Part shown: positions 30,582 through 49,801 of the stretch, one piece after another | Position numbering within the stretch: position 1 is the stretch's first letter | Layout: each line of letters opens with the position of its first letter | Assembly (NCBI RefSeq): GCF_009914755.1 | Contig: NC_060934.1 | Source: the human T2T-CHM13v2.0 reference genome, Homo sapiens | Direction: 5' to 3' (one strand) | DNA: 64,000 bases | Notes under the pieces: generated by a model | Databases searched by the model: none | What the model saw: the letters and a program-made list of their open reading frames with translations, nothing else | Told to the model about the DNA's origin: nothing | Made by a program: the position numbers and the translations under genes

Positions 30582-32999
30582 CTACCCTGCCTTCTTAAAA
30601 GCACCTTTCTTTCAATCTGATACAACCCTGTGAGGAGTATTAGAAAATACAACTTCAAGGAGATGTTTGAGAATGCGGGCAGTACAGTCTGGGGCAAGGG
30701 GAGTGTAGGATTATGTATGGTTGAAAATGTTCCCTTTGGTGATATAGCAATGCTGTCTATCCTCCACCTGTCACTTTGAGAATCACTGGATTAGGTGATT
30801 TAATAATGCTGCAAGTTCCGTAATCTGCTGGAAAAACGAAAACAGAACTTTTTAACAGCTAAGGGTCTAGTTCTTCAATAACTCAGGCCTTGGGAAATGC
30901 TTCTTTTTTCGATCCTTCAAAATCCATCCACACTTACAGGCAATCTACAGTTTACTTTAAATAGTCTCCTACTTTTGAGGTGCTTATAATTTAACATAGT
31001 TACATCCCAATGCCCTTTGTCATTTTATTTTAAGTAAATGGGGTTATTGACGTTACTTGTCTTCATGTTCCTGAGTCCTTAAAGAAACGTGTTACCTCAT
31101 CTGCTAGTTAAGTTTTCATGTTCTATGAAAACACTCAATGCTGCCCATTACTCTGTAAGAAAAGGTCAGTGTGATTTGCAATTCTGGTAGACGTAAAGTT
31201 CAGAAAATGTGCGTTAGAAAATGCAAACTCTAAAGGAAAACAATCTCAGCATTGGAAGAATAATGTCAGCACATGATCCCAACTCAAAATATTAATATAA
31301 ATCATTTTGAAAATGTCTCTACTACAGCCAAATCAATTTTAAATGATAACCTTGTTGGCTTAGATTGGTGATGGTAAAGATAGAATAAACTAAGTGGCAT
31401 TCTTTTAAAATGTCTTGTATGGCATTCATAGAAAAAAGTTCTTACCAGGTAAGATCTTAGAGAAAATATATTTCTCACCTATGAATGTAAGTTACTAAGT
31501 TATTAGCTCATGGTCCATTTTTAGATTATTGTAATCACAAAAGATAAACTCCTTTAATTAATTGGTCAAAAATAATTTAGAATAACATGTGGACCTGTCA
31601 CATTTTTGACAAAGTAGTATCTTTGGGATGTGGTTCATTTAGTTCAGTGATCTCAAGCCTGAAGAAATGAGACTTCTTTCAACTCCCACCTTTTTATTGA
31701 AAAGGATCCTGCTAGAAGGCAAAATAAGAGGCAACCTATCCTAAGCAGATATAAGCCCTATTATAGCACTGATTTCTGGAGGGATGTTTAAGTCAGATTT
31801 GTTGAGATATAGATTACATATAGTAAAATCCACAAATATGTTACTAAATAACATGTAACAACCACCACAGACTATAGACCACCTTGTACAGTTTGTATTG
31901 AAGTATAATGTGCATACAAAATTGATACAACTTTTCATTAAGTGGATGGACCTGTGTAGCTATAACCAGATCAGGAAATACAATACTTATAGCACTTAAG
32001 AAGCTTCTCCTTGTGCCCCCTCCTAATCTTTATCCCCACTGAAGGTAACCATTGTCTTAGCTTCTACTACTGACAGTTAGCTTTGCCTGTTTTTGAAATG
32101 GAACCACTCAGTATGTAGACTTTTGTCTGCTCTATCTCCATCCATTTTTGTGCACTTTCTTACTTTTTGACAACATAAGATCCCCCGGGCTCACGTTGTA
32201 TTTTCTCCACTTCAGTCCTATAATCAACTATTTCTCCAAGAAACCCTGGTTCCCTTTATTGAAGAATGGTTTTTAGAAACCTGTAACTGTGCTCTAGATA
32301 TGCTCTTTGTTCCTTGAGTGTCTTTGCTTCTAGGCCCTCTTAGCAAACAGAACTTGGCAATATATGTATGTATAATAACCTATGTATACTCACTCATCTA
32401 TATTTATTTCTGTATCTATATGTTTATATATTTTTAAAACATGAAGTCATACTGATAAATTTTATTTCAGTCCAGCAGCACAAGGCTCATTCTAGCCTTC
32501 ATTCTTCCTTTTGTACAACTTCTTCCTTTGACATTGAAAATTCTGGCTCTCATTATCTAAAATGTATTTACTTATTTGTTTTATCCTAAAGTAGTTTTGA
32601 ATTGCTTGCCCATACCCTTGTATGAGAAAGAGATTTACCCTTTAGAGTATAATATTTGCTTACAGTTCTTTTTTTCTGTAGCCCAATAGTGTCCAGTCAA
32701 TATATAGTTATCCAAAGTAAATTAGCTCTTTTATTTCATCCACTCATTATGGTTACATTATTCATTTGTAATACAGGTAGGGTCACTTGTTAAGAGTATT
32801 CCATTTTGGTTTCTTTTCACATCCTGATTGGGGTTTTATTTTCTCAATAAAATTCACTTTTTGTAGTGTCAAGTTCTGTGGGTTTTGACAAACACATAAG
32901 ATCATGTAACCACCACCATAGTTATGATACCAAAGAGTTACATTTTTCAGCTCCGGATTTGCAAGGATGGTACCAATATAAACTCCCCCAATTTTATGA

Positions 33000-33509
<510 letters not shown>

Positions 33510-35036
33510 TGATTGTATTGTTGTTGGGTTCTTTTGCCCATATTGAGTTGTCTTATTGATTTAGAAATCTTTTTACAGCCTGTATGCCAGTCTTTTGTTA
33601 GATAAATGTATTGTAGATATCTCCTGCTACTCTGTGGCTTGCCTTTTCACTCTCTTCATGGTATCTTTTGATAAACAAAAGTTCTTGATTTTAATATAGG
33701 GCAATTCATAATGTTTTCCCCTTATGATTAATGCTTCTTATATTCCATTAAAGAAAATCATGGCAGATCTCAAACTTGTGAAGATACTCTTCTGTTGTTT
33801 TTTTCTAAAACTTCTATTCTTTTACTTTTTTCAACTAGCACAATTCATCTAAGATTAATTTATATATATATATAAGGTGTAGGATAGGGAGAATGATTCA
33901 TTTATTTTGCCCATATGAATAACCAATTGACCTGGCATCATTCATTGACAGGAATATCCTTTCCCTAACTGCATTACATTGACACCTTTGTCATGTTTCA
34001 GATGACCTTATATGGGTGAGTCTTTTTTTAGGCTATTTCATTGTCCTCATTCTCTATCCTTTACCAATTGCACACTCTCATGATAACTTAGGTTTATAAT
34101 CAGTCTTTTTATCTGGCAATGTCAGTCTTCTGAGTTTGTTCTTCAAGATTATCCTGGCTTTTCTTGGCTCTTTGCATTTCTACTTAAATTCTAGAACTGG
34201 CCTGTTAATTGTCACCAAAGGAATTTTTTAAAAATTCCTTACTAGAGTTTTTTCAGATTATATTGAATCTGCAAGTCAATTTGGAGAAAACTTATTTCTT
34301 TACAGTATTTTGTCTTCCAATCCATATTTTCCTCTATTTATGCAGTCTTTAATTTTTCTCAGGATGTTTTTTTCTTTTCAGTGTAAAGGTCTTGTATATG
34401 TATCTTTTGTAAGATTCTTAGGTTTTCGATGCTATCTATTTTTAAATGGCATCCTTTTAGGTTTCTGTTTCTATTTGTTTTTTACTGGTATATAGATTTC
34501 TAAATAATGATCTTTTTCACATATTAACTGCAATAACATATCAGATAATTATTTTGGATTTTCTATGCATATAATTATACCATCTGTGAATAAAAATAAT
34601 TTGCATTTCTGCTTTTCCAATTCTCATACAGTACTTTTTTTCTTACTACACTAGTTAGCACGGTAAGACATGTAGAATACAAGTAAATTGAAATGGTTAT
34701 AGTGAGCACCTTTGTCTTATTCCCGATATCAGTTGAAAAACCATCAATATTTTATCAAAAAGGATAATGTTTGCTATAGTCTCTTTGTAGATACTCTATC
34801 AGATAAAGGAAATTTCTTTCCATTAATAGTTTGCTAAGAGTTTTTGTTTTGTTCTTAAGAGATTTTTTAAAAATCATGAATAGTTGTTGTATTTCATCAG
34901 ATAATGTTTTTGCATGTAAAATTACTATATGATTTTTTCCCTTTTTTCTTTTAATGTGTGAATTACAGATTGATTATGGAAAGATATTTCACCTTTGCAT
35001 TCTTGGAATAATGCCAACATTGACATATCTTTTTAA

Positions 35037-35363
<327 letters not shown>

Positions 35364-35782
35364 TTGCTTTATGTATTTTAAAGCTATCTTAACTAAGTGT
35401 ATATAAATTTATAATTCTCACGTCTTCCTGATGCATTGAACCTTTTACCTTATGAAATGTCCTTCTTAATCTCTAATGATGCATCTTGCCTTAATATCTA
35501 TGCCAGCTTTCTATTGGTTAGTGTTTACATGATATCTTTTTTCATTCCTTTATTTTCAACCTTTCTGTGTTCTTATATGACTTTTGTTGTTTTTTAATTA
35601 ATTCTGACAATCTTCATATTTTAATCAGCCTGTTTATATTTAATATAAGTTACTAATGTATTTGTGTTCATATCTTACATCTTACTCTTTTTGTTCTGTC
35701 TTACATGTGTATCTTCTTTTTTCTCTCCTTTCCTGCTGTTTTTGGATTGATCAAGTATTTTTTTCTTTTTCTTCTCATTTAG

Positions 35783-36061
<279 letters not shown>

Positions 36062-36483
36062 TGAATTCTCAGTTTTTGTTTGTCTGAAAGTTTCCTTTTG
36101 CCTTTCAATGTGTATAGTTCTCTATGTTGGGAGTTATACTTTTTGAGTTCTTTATAAATGGCTTTCCATTATCTTTTGGATTCTCTTATTTTTGTTGAGA
36201 AGTCAGCTGTTACTCTTATTCTGCTCTTTTATATATAATATTTTTATTTTCTCTAGCTGCTTTTTAGAATTTGTCAAACTTTAACTTTATCCTTAGTTCT
36301 GGTTTTCCTTTTATTTATCCTGCTGGGATTTTTAGTGCTTCTTGAATCTGTGATTGATGACTTTCATCAGATTTGGAAAATTCTCAGCCATTATCTCTTT
36401 AGATACTAGAACTGTTTATACTTGGGAATCTAGTTATACATATACTAGGTCTTTTCATTGTATCCCATATGCCTTTTATGCTC

Positions 36484-36485
<2 letters not shown>

Positions 36486-36534
<49 letters not shown>
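36486..36534. repeat. (TG)24 microsatellite
   Basis: Uninterrupted TG run; source of the CVCVCV and HTHTHT ORFs. Confidence 0.97.
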
Positions 36535-36537
<3 letters not shown>

Positions 36538-36634
36538 ACCCCTTTTCCTCCCCGAGCTTCAGGCTGTATATTTTGCACTGACCTGGCATTTAGTTCCCTG
36601 ATTCTCTCTTCTGCTTTGTCCCATCTGCATTTCA

Positions 36635-36961
<327 letters not shown>

Positions 36962-37134
36962 TCAATAGTCCCTTTTTTATTTTCTAAAGTATCTGATTAT
37001 TTCTTATTCATCCTAGTTCTGTAGTATAATCCTCTACCTTGTCATCTATTTTTTTCTAACATATTAATCATAGTAGTAATAAATTCTGTGTCTGAAAACT
37101 ACAATATCTCAGTCATTTGTAGGTCTGGTTTTTA

Positions 37135-39140
<2,006 letters not shown>

Positions 39141-40200
39141 TAGGTCTGTTTTTTTGTTTTTGTTCGGTTTGGTTTCTATTTCCTTTTGGGGCTTGTTTCT
39201 TGGTTTGCCTGATAATTTTTTATCAAATGTTAAACATTGTCCATAATAAATTATAGAGCTTCTGTTAGTGTAGAGTCCAATTAGATCTAGGACTAAGCCA
39301 CCTCAAGGTTGGGTTATAGTTTTTGTAAGACCCAGTCTACCTCTCATTTGCTTCCACTTCTATACCATGGCCCTCCTGGAATCTCAGCTGAAATCCTGGT
39401 GTTTTTATGAGATCCCTACTCATTAATGGGTTCTGAACTCCAAATTTTATCTGTTTTGTGTACCATACAACTAGCACAATCACCACTCTGCCTTATGGAT
39501 GCCTTATACTTGGTGTCTTGGCCTCTTGTCCTGCTTCCTGACAAGTGTGGCAAATACCTTGAGTAGAGTATTTCCTCTCCTGAGTTTCAGGCCTACTTTA
39601 TTGTTTTCCCCTCCTCTTCAGGATCATGACCCTCAGTTCTGTCTGTCTTGACAGTCCCAAACTCGAATTTTTGTCTTACCACCCACTAGAGATTGCAAAA
39701 AGTTATGTTGGCTTCTCTGCCTCTTAGTAGTAGTCCATTGCCCAGATTCTCAGCCTCTTACCCGACACAGGAATTTGCAAATACCCTAGGGAGAAAACGA
39801 CTTTTTGAATGTCAGTTTAGCTCTTTAAGATCCTCTTCTCTCTGAGACCTTCTCTTGTCAAATTTTGACTACCTTGTCAGCTCTCTCATCCCTTCTTTAT
39901 TTAAAAAAAAAAATTAAGCTTTTCTGCCTTTTTATGGTCTGGGAATTGGTTTACTACAAGCTATGGCATTAGAGCCTAACCAATAGGTCCCTTATTGAAT
40001 ACATTTTTTTATTATTAAATAGAAAAATACATAGCCCGAGAAAGTTAAGTGGGCTTATCTGTGTATTAAGGAATACTGTTTTTAGGAATGTGACTTAGGA
40101 ATACTGTTCTTCATACCGCACTTTGGGAACTGCTGGATTAGGTCACTTTCCCAAGGTCTCAGAATTAGAAACAAAAGCAGCTAGATTAGAACCCAGCCTC

Positions 40201-40510
<310 letters not shown>

Positions 40511-40574
40511 AACCCGGCTTCTTGAATCCCAGACTAGTCCAATCTGTTCCATACCATGTTAACTCATTGGCTTA

Positions 40575-40783
40575 CATCTGTGGTTTTCAACCAGAAACAA
40601 CTTTCCCCCTTCCTTTCAGTTATGACAACTGGCTGGTATGGAAGAGTTGGGTCTTCCACTGGCATTTTGTGGGTAAAAGCCAGGGATGCTGCTATATATA
40701 CTATAATGCACAAGACAGCCAATCCACAATAAAGAATTATCTGGCCCAAATTATTAATTGCCTCAAGATTAGAAAAGCCCTGT
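40575..40783 (+). mobile_element. MER20 (hAT-Charlie)
   Basis: actggcatt...gccagggatgctgcta...aatgcacaagacagcc...aaagaattatctggcccaaa. Confidence 0.75.
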
Positions 40784-40870
40784 CTTACAGTATCCCTCAA
40801 AATTTATATATTTAAAGGATCACTGGCTGATTCCTCTTTACACTTAATCATAAGGTCAACACCAATAGGC

Positions 40871-40903
40871 TTTAGTAGGATAAAGCATCTTTATCCTACT
40901 AAA
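40871..40903. repeat. Perfect inverted repeat, 15-bp arms, 3-nt loop
   Basis: tttagtaggataaag-cat-ctttatcctactaaa. Confidence 0.95.
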
Positions 40904-42153
40904 CTACATCCAGAGGCCCTTTGACCCAAGAAAATGTCCATATATGATCTAGTCCGTACTTGCTTAACTGTGTTTCTCAAAGCTTTTGCCAAATATGCTC
41001 CAATTCTAAGACTTCTCTTTAGTTAGAATTTGTTAGAGCTGGAAAACTTTCTGGTGTAGAATTGTGCGTGCATATCTTGTAAATGCATTTTGTATGCATG
41101 AATGGATATCTAGATGATAGTGACATTTACCTACACATTTATAGATTTTATTTATATATATACACATATATACATAATATATATGTATTCTAGGCATATA
41201 TATATATATACACACACATTAGTCTAAATGGTTCTTAGAAAATTTATTCATTTTGGTTTATAACTCTAATCAATTTCTATAATCAAAAGCTCTTGAAAAT
41301 GTAATACAAATAGATATTTAATTAAAGAGGTATATTACCAAATGTTTTTCAGAATAATTATTGTTTGTACCAGTGAGTATTTCTTTCAGAAATTCAATTA
41401 GACTCTAAAATTCATTTTTCAGAGCATTACAACTTGGCGGCAAAATTTTCTTTTGGCTGAAACACTGCATGCAAGCTTTTGGCTCAGAAAAAAATCTTTG
41501 GAAGTATAGCTGAAAAGTCTGATTCAGATAACTGAATGGCTAAAATTTTCCTTGTTTAAAAGGAATAAACTGGTTACACGTGAAATATTAAAAACTGTAT
41601 TTAAATGGATAGTTAACTATTGCCTTATTTCTTTTAAGTCTTAACCAAGCTGGCTTATCCTATTTCAACTGCTCTAGAACTCACATCATTTTTGATTCAT
41701 TGATTTTTTTTTTTTTTTTAGTATCCCAATAGAAGCCATCATTTCTAAGGTTCCACCCCAACTTTGCTGAGCCTTGGCCCAGAAAATTTGTTTAGCTTTT
41801 CTCTGCTGTTGTTAAGCTATTTTAAATTTTAAATTTTTGTGTTTTTAAACCTTTCTGTGTTTTTAAAGCCTTTCTGGTTTAATAAACAATTCTAAAATCT
41901 CAAGAAAATATCCAAATTCTTTTGTTAATAATTTGGCACTTAGCCATCTATTCAATTTATTTATCATGGTAAATTTTGCTTATACTTAATTATTTCCTCT
42001 AGTCCTAGAACTCCACCCCTTACCATAATAAAGGGGCAGTTTATAAAACAGGTGTTTTTGTAAGTAATTTACATGGTTTAGTATGCAAAAAGTACAATAA
42101 TAGAGCTGTTTAGCTGTCAGTACTTGTGAGGAAGTAAGCAGTTTTTTCGTTAT

Positions 42154-42268
42154 TAGGATGACCATATAACTTATTAGAAAAACTCAGATGCTTTTGAGAG
42201 TGAAAGAGTGGGGTGCTATTAATAATACTAGGACAGTTCTGGGCAAACCAGCCCATATGGTCACACTA
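42154..42268. mobile_element. MER81 (hAT-Blackjack MITE)
   Basis: TIRs taggatgaccatat / atatggtcacacta, internal cttttgagagtgaaag; 8-bp TSD-like ttcgttat/atcattat. Confidence 0.75.
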
Positions 42269-42369
42269 ATCATTATAGATATTTAAACAAAAATATTTGG
42301 TAAAATGAATTTGTGTATTGGTTGAGGTTTTTGGCTGTGTTTATTTCTAACATTTCTTCCAGTGAAAAG

Positions 42370-42920
42370 ATTCTTGATCATGTGCTAAGTATATGCCAGG
42401 TAATATAGAACTTAAAAAAAACATGAGAACCTCTAATCTCAAGCAGGACAAGTTGGAGAGGCAAGATACTTATAGATAATGCAGTAATGTAACAGCACAA
42501 ATAAATTCAATTCATTATGGTTTTATTGAGTGCCTACTGTATGTCAAGAATTGTGGTTATAAAGATGAACAAAACAAAAACTCCTTTTCTTGAAATCTAG
42601 AAGAGACATACTTAAATAATATGATGTGAAAAATGATATTATTTTCATGAACTAATTTTTATAGAACAAATGGAACAAGAAGTTGGGGAAAGCTTTTCAA
42701 AGCAAGTGATGTATGAACTAGGCCTTGAGGAATCCTTACAATTTTGGCAAGTTGAGATTACAAAGGTATTCAAAGTTAATGAGGTAATAAAAGCAAAAGG
42801 CAGAGTCCTTCATATGATTTGTTACAAGAAATGGCAGAAGGGAGATATGGGGCAACCATCTCTGAAATGGTAATTGTGATGGGATTTAAATGCTATGCTG
42901 GGCAATACATTATTAAGTGC
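42370..42920 (-). mobile_element. L2 fragments
   Basis: tttattgagtgcctactgtatgtcaag...aaagatgaacaaaaca. Confidence 0.55.
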
Positions 42921-43407
42921 TTAAAGTATATATATATATAGAGAAGACATCCTTTGGACTGAGAAACATTTTGTGATCAGTTTACCGTAATTCCATAAAA
43001 GAAAGGAATCACACTTCCATTTGTTTATAAAGCCCTGTTTCAGAGGGATCAACAAATACTAAAGATGAAAATCCTTTTTTTAATTAAATGCTAAAGAATA
43101 AAAGCTGCAATAATCCCTCTAAAAAGTATTAGTGATGAACAATCCCATGGGGTTATAGTGAGACAAATGTGATAGGGTTAGAAAAATTGTAGAGAAAAAT
43201 TATGGTAAAAGCACTAGGGAAATGCCTTAGAAAATTAATAAAGATTGGCTTGGTTTAAAGACGGTAAATAAAGACTAATGCAAAAGGCTAATGAATTCAG
43301 TCATGGAGAAAGTTTATACTATAGTGTTTGCTAAAAGAATTACCACTAGATGGGATTTTATTAAGCATTTTTTTATTCAAAGAAAAAGGGTAACTCATTA
43401 ATAAAAT

Positions 43408-43549
43408 GTGTAGTTGATACTAAATAAATAAATCAACTAGTGTAGTTGATACTAAATTAGGAGATAGTGTAGTTGATACTAAATAAATAAATCAACTAGT
43501 GTAGTTGATAATAAATTAGGAAGATACTGTAGCTGATACTAAATTCTAG
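43408..43549. repeat. Higher-order minisatellite (A32-B27-A32-B28-partial) with an 18-nt core gtgtagttgatactaaat
   Basis: Core copies start at 43408, 43440, 43467, 43499 and 43527. Confidence 0.92.
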
Positions 43550-43742
43550 AAATTCTGGTAATAGACTCTAGAAATAGATGTTTGAAATAGGTGTTTAAAA
43601 TAATATTTTAAAGAAAATCATATTCACCCCATTTTAAATCCACATAGAAGCAGCAGTTAACATTAAAAACTTGTGTCCACTTCCAGGAGATAGTCATGGT
43701 TTAAGGGTCCAGAAATCAATGGTAGAATCACCTGAAATTTAG

Positions 43743-44077
<335 letters not shown>

Positions 44078-44680
44078 CAAGAGTCTAAATTTATAGGATG
44101 TATATGATTAAAAGTGACTTTTGTGAACATTTAAATAAATATTTGTGACTGAATTTTCTATGGAACATTTTTCCTTCAGTGGCTTGCATTTTAATGAAGG
44201 AATTATTTTAAAATTACCTTATTCCCTCCCAATGTTGTTTAAATATCTAGAGGGTATCTAGGGCTTAAGGAAGATTGGATGTGGAACAATGAGTGGAGGC
44301 CTAGAGAACAAGGGTAGTTTCCTGCAACAGTTATATGGATCCCTAGCAAGGTTCATATTTCTGTCTATACTGCTGGTTAATCTGAATATTCCCATAAATT
44401 GTGGAACATAATCCATGGCCTTGGTTTTCTGTTTCTTGTAGTAAGATTTATCATTTTATTTCTACCATAAATTAGAGATCATTACATGATTACTATGAAG
44501 GATCTACATTGCTATTTGTTATGATCAAATAAACAGTATTTTTGCAGTTGACTATTCAGGGATCTGTTAAAGCATTTAGACCTTAGGCCCTCATAGCATA
44601 TATATATAAGCTTTTTGGAGACTTGGCTCTCACTACTTTGAGAATTTGGCACACAGGGTAATCAAAAAAAAAAGCTTTCT

Positions 44681-44964
44681 TGGCTCTTGCCTGTAATCCC
44701 AGCATTTTGGGAGGCTAAGGCAGAAGGATCCCTTGAGCTCAGGAGTTCAAGACCAGCCTGAGAAACATAGCGAGACCTCATCTCTACTAAAAAATAAATA
44801 GTAAAAAATTATCCCAGCACAGTGATGCGCACCTGTAGTCCCAGCTAATCAGGAGGCTGAGGTGGGAGGATCACTTGATCCAGGGAGTTTGAGGCTGCAG
44901 TGAGCTATGATTGTGCACACTCCAGCCTGGGTGACAGAGTGAGACCCTGTCTAAAGAAAAAAAG
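44681..44964 (+). mobile_element. AluJ, slightly 5'-truncated
   Basis: TSD aaaaaaagctttctt. Confidence 0.9.
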
Positions 44965-45091
44965 CTTTCTTTCGAAATGGCCTCAGGTTTATCGATTTTT
45001 AATTTAACATTGCTCTACAGATTTATTTTGTTGAGTTTTTTTTTTTTTAAGTACTAAGAGTGTTTTGGGCAGGGGAAAGAAATTCACAGTG

Positions 45092-45411
45092 TTTTTTTGT
45101 TGTTGTATTTTGTTTTGTTTTCTGAGACGGAGTCTCGCTCTGTCACCCAGGCTGGAGTGTGCAGTGGCACGATCTCGGCTCACTGCAACCTCCGCCCCCT
45201 GGGTTAAAGCAATCCTCCCACCTCAACCTCCCCAGAAGCTAGGATTACAGGTATACATCACCTCACCTGGCTAATTTTTTTTGGTATTGTTAGCAGAGAT
45301 GGGGTTTCACCGTGTTGGCCAGGCTGATCCCAAACTCCTGACCTCAAGTGATCCACCTGCCTTGGCCTACCAAAGTGCTCGGATTATAGGTGTGAGCCAC
45401 CACACCTGGCC
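45092..45411 (-). mobile_element. Alu (J/S)
   Basis: Antisense dimer; TSD caca(g/a)tgtttttt. Confidence 0.92.
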
Positions 45412-45863
45412 TACCACAATGTTTTTTAACTGAACAGTTGGCTGCAGTAAGCTTTTAGAAGCCTACACGTTGGTATTTGAGCATACGAGGTGGATCATAA
45501 TGGGGATCATTAGGTTTCTTTGACAGGTGATATTAAGAACCCAACCCAGCATGCCACTTGTAAACCATCTATACATAGAGACATTTGTCACCATTGACAG
45601 TTGTGACATTTAATCTGGGATCTATTTGCAACTCAGCTTCCTATGTATTACTATGTATTTAACAGTCTCAATTCAGGCTCAAAGCATCAGCTTTTTTCTT
45701 CTAGTTTTTCTAGGTTTTACTTAACAAAGGAAAATAGAAATATCTGTTTACTATTGAGGTGATCATTTCTCCTCAGATGAGTCATGCCAGTCACGATTCT
45801 TGGATGTTGACCTCTTGTGCTGTTTTTGTAGTTCACAAGCCAAAGCTGCACTAAATAGGATTA

Positions 45864-46099
45864 TGGAAATTAGATTAATGGTCCAGGAATGAGGCATAGT
45901 GCTTTGGTTGAATAGGAAAGTCTGTAAAGTGGAGCCAGTAGTACCTGAAAAAAACTTAATCCAGGTGAGGCAGATGTTCTGAAGAATCTCACTCGTCTCA
46001 CCTGGATTAAGTTTTTTTCAGGTCCTGCTGGCTCCACTTTACTGACTGCTATTCAACCAAACCACTATGCATCCTTTTTGGAGCACTAATCTAACTCCA
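45864..46099. repeat. Long imperfect inverted repeat (fold-back), ~105-nt arms
   Basis: 45894-45969 vs reverse complement of 45997-46070 is about 90% identical with a perfect innermost 27 bp; weaker outer match 45864-45885 vs 46079-46099. Confidence 0.95.
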
Positions 46100-46516
46100 A
46101 AGGGGTACAACAACCTCATCACTTCTAATATGAATACAACCAAGATATTGTGTGAGCTGAGAGTGGCAGAAGAAAACTGGAAAAAGCTCTCTCTTAGATA
46201 GCCAGTGTCACTTGGAGAAGTCTATTCTTATGTAAAAGGAGTTATATTGGTCTTCTAAGAAGAAAGGTTGTCAGGAACTGGCAAGCACTAAAATGCCTAA
46301 CCAACACCTTGGAGTTAGAGCAGTCTAGTTTTAGAAGGCAGAGACTAGGAGGGATAATCAGTCATAGCTAAAGATAGGGAATCTAGACCAAAGCTCATTC
46401 CAGTTCCTAGGATTAGTGCAGAATACAATTTATTAAGCTAGAACAGAAGCTTTGCAGTCACAATTAGATCATCACAACGTACATCTGGATGTCAGAAATA
46501 ATTCTGCACCCTACTC

Positions 46517-46783
<267 letters not shown>

Positions 46784-46815
46784 GCACCCTATTCTTGATT
46801 TTTATTCTTCCCTTG

Positions 46816-46920
46816 TCAGGACTAGCTTAGAACTGTTACCCCAACTGTATAAGTAAGTGCATCCTTAACTATCAAGACCCAAGAAAGATATGAGCAGAGC
46901 AAAATGAGGAGCTCACGCAA
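46816..46920 (+). repeat. ~100-bp dispersed direct repeat, copy 1
   Basis: tcaggactagcttagaactgttacccca...agcagagcaaaatgaggagctcacgcaa. Confidence 0.9.
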
Positions 46921-47529
46921 GCAAAATTAAGACTTGAAATGTCAGCAGATAAGGTATCTGAACATGTCTATGACAGGAAGCCAGTTGCAACTTAACTACT
47001 GCAGTGCTAAATTAAACCACTGCTATGTATACCATATTTGAAGTAATAATTGGATACAAAGGTATATGGCCCTTACTTCAAAGAGCTTATACTTGTGAAG
47101 TGTACACTAGAAGACAGTATGTAGAAATTTTACCAAATTTTTATCAATTTACAGTATGAATTTTACCAAAAAATTCACTATAGAAATAATGCATGACTTC
47201 ACATCACACTGGTGATCAGAGAAACAATGTATTTTAAAAGTGACATATGAACTGGTTTGTGAAATACAAATGAAATTTTGATGCAAAATATAACTAGAAA
47301 TGACCTTAGATATCAGCTGGTACATCTTAGAAATTCGAGAAAAATTAAGACCCACTACTAGTGGGATAAATGTTGGTGTACAGTTTTTCTTGGTGACAGC
47401 TTGAGAATACATATCAAAAGCCTTAAAATATGCATATCCTTTGACTCAGTAACTTTACTTACAAATTAATCCTATGGAATAATTTAACATATGCACAGAT
47501 TTACATGCAAGAATGTTCTTCATAGCATT

Positions 47530-49099
<1,570 letters not shown>

Positions 49100-49200
49100 T
49101 CAGGACTGGCTTAGAGCTGTTACCCCAGCTCTGTAAGTGCAGCCTGAACCATCAAGACCAGGGAAACATATAAGCAGAGCAAAATGAGGAGCTCACACAA
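49100..49200 (+). repeat. ~100-bp dispersed direct repeat, copy 2
   Basis: tcaggactggcttagagctgttacccca...agcagagcaaaatgaggagctcacacaa. Confidence 0.9.
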
Positions 49201-49419
49201 CCACACATCCTGGTTAATTTTAATTAAGTTTTTTAAATATATAGAAAATTACCATGGTTCTAAAAGTCAAGAACTATTCACAAAGATAGAGTAAAAGAAG
49301 TGTCACTTCCCTGACATTACTTTTTCGCCATTCTTGTTTTAGCGTTCTTCCCACCCTGTTCCCACCTACCTCTTGTAGGTAACCAATCTCAGTTTTTTAC
49401 TTATCTTTTCTGTATTTCT

Positions 49420-49800
49420 TCTTTTTTTTTCTAACAGCTTCACTCAGATATAATTCACACACCATACAATTTCCTTATTTAAAGTATACAATTCTTTTTT
49501 TTTGTATATTCATAGGTTGTGCAACCGTGACCACGATCAATTTTAGAACATTTTCATCATCCCAGAAACTGTCTCTCTCCAGCTTCACCCATCTTCTCCC
49601 AACCTTAAGCAACGATTAATCTACTTTCTGCCTCTATGCATTTGCCTTTTCTGGAAATTGCATATAAATGGACTCTTACAATATGTGGTTTTCTGTGTTA
49701 GGCTTCTTTCACTTAACATAATGTTTTCAAGGTTCATCCACATTATAGCATGTGTCAGTTTTTTACTTCTTTTTATTGCCATGTAACATTCTATTGCATG
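49420..49800 (-). mobile_element. L1MB-type 3' end
   Basis: agatataattcacacaccatacaatt...aattttagaacattttcatca...ttcaaggttcatccacatt. Confidence 0.8.
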
Positions 49801-49801
49801 G

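Noticed and set aside
43408-43549. CRISPR-like repeat/spacer look
   Set aside because: The spacers are only 9-14 nt and themselves repeat (A,B,A,B); no cas genes; primate intron. It is a minisatellite.
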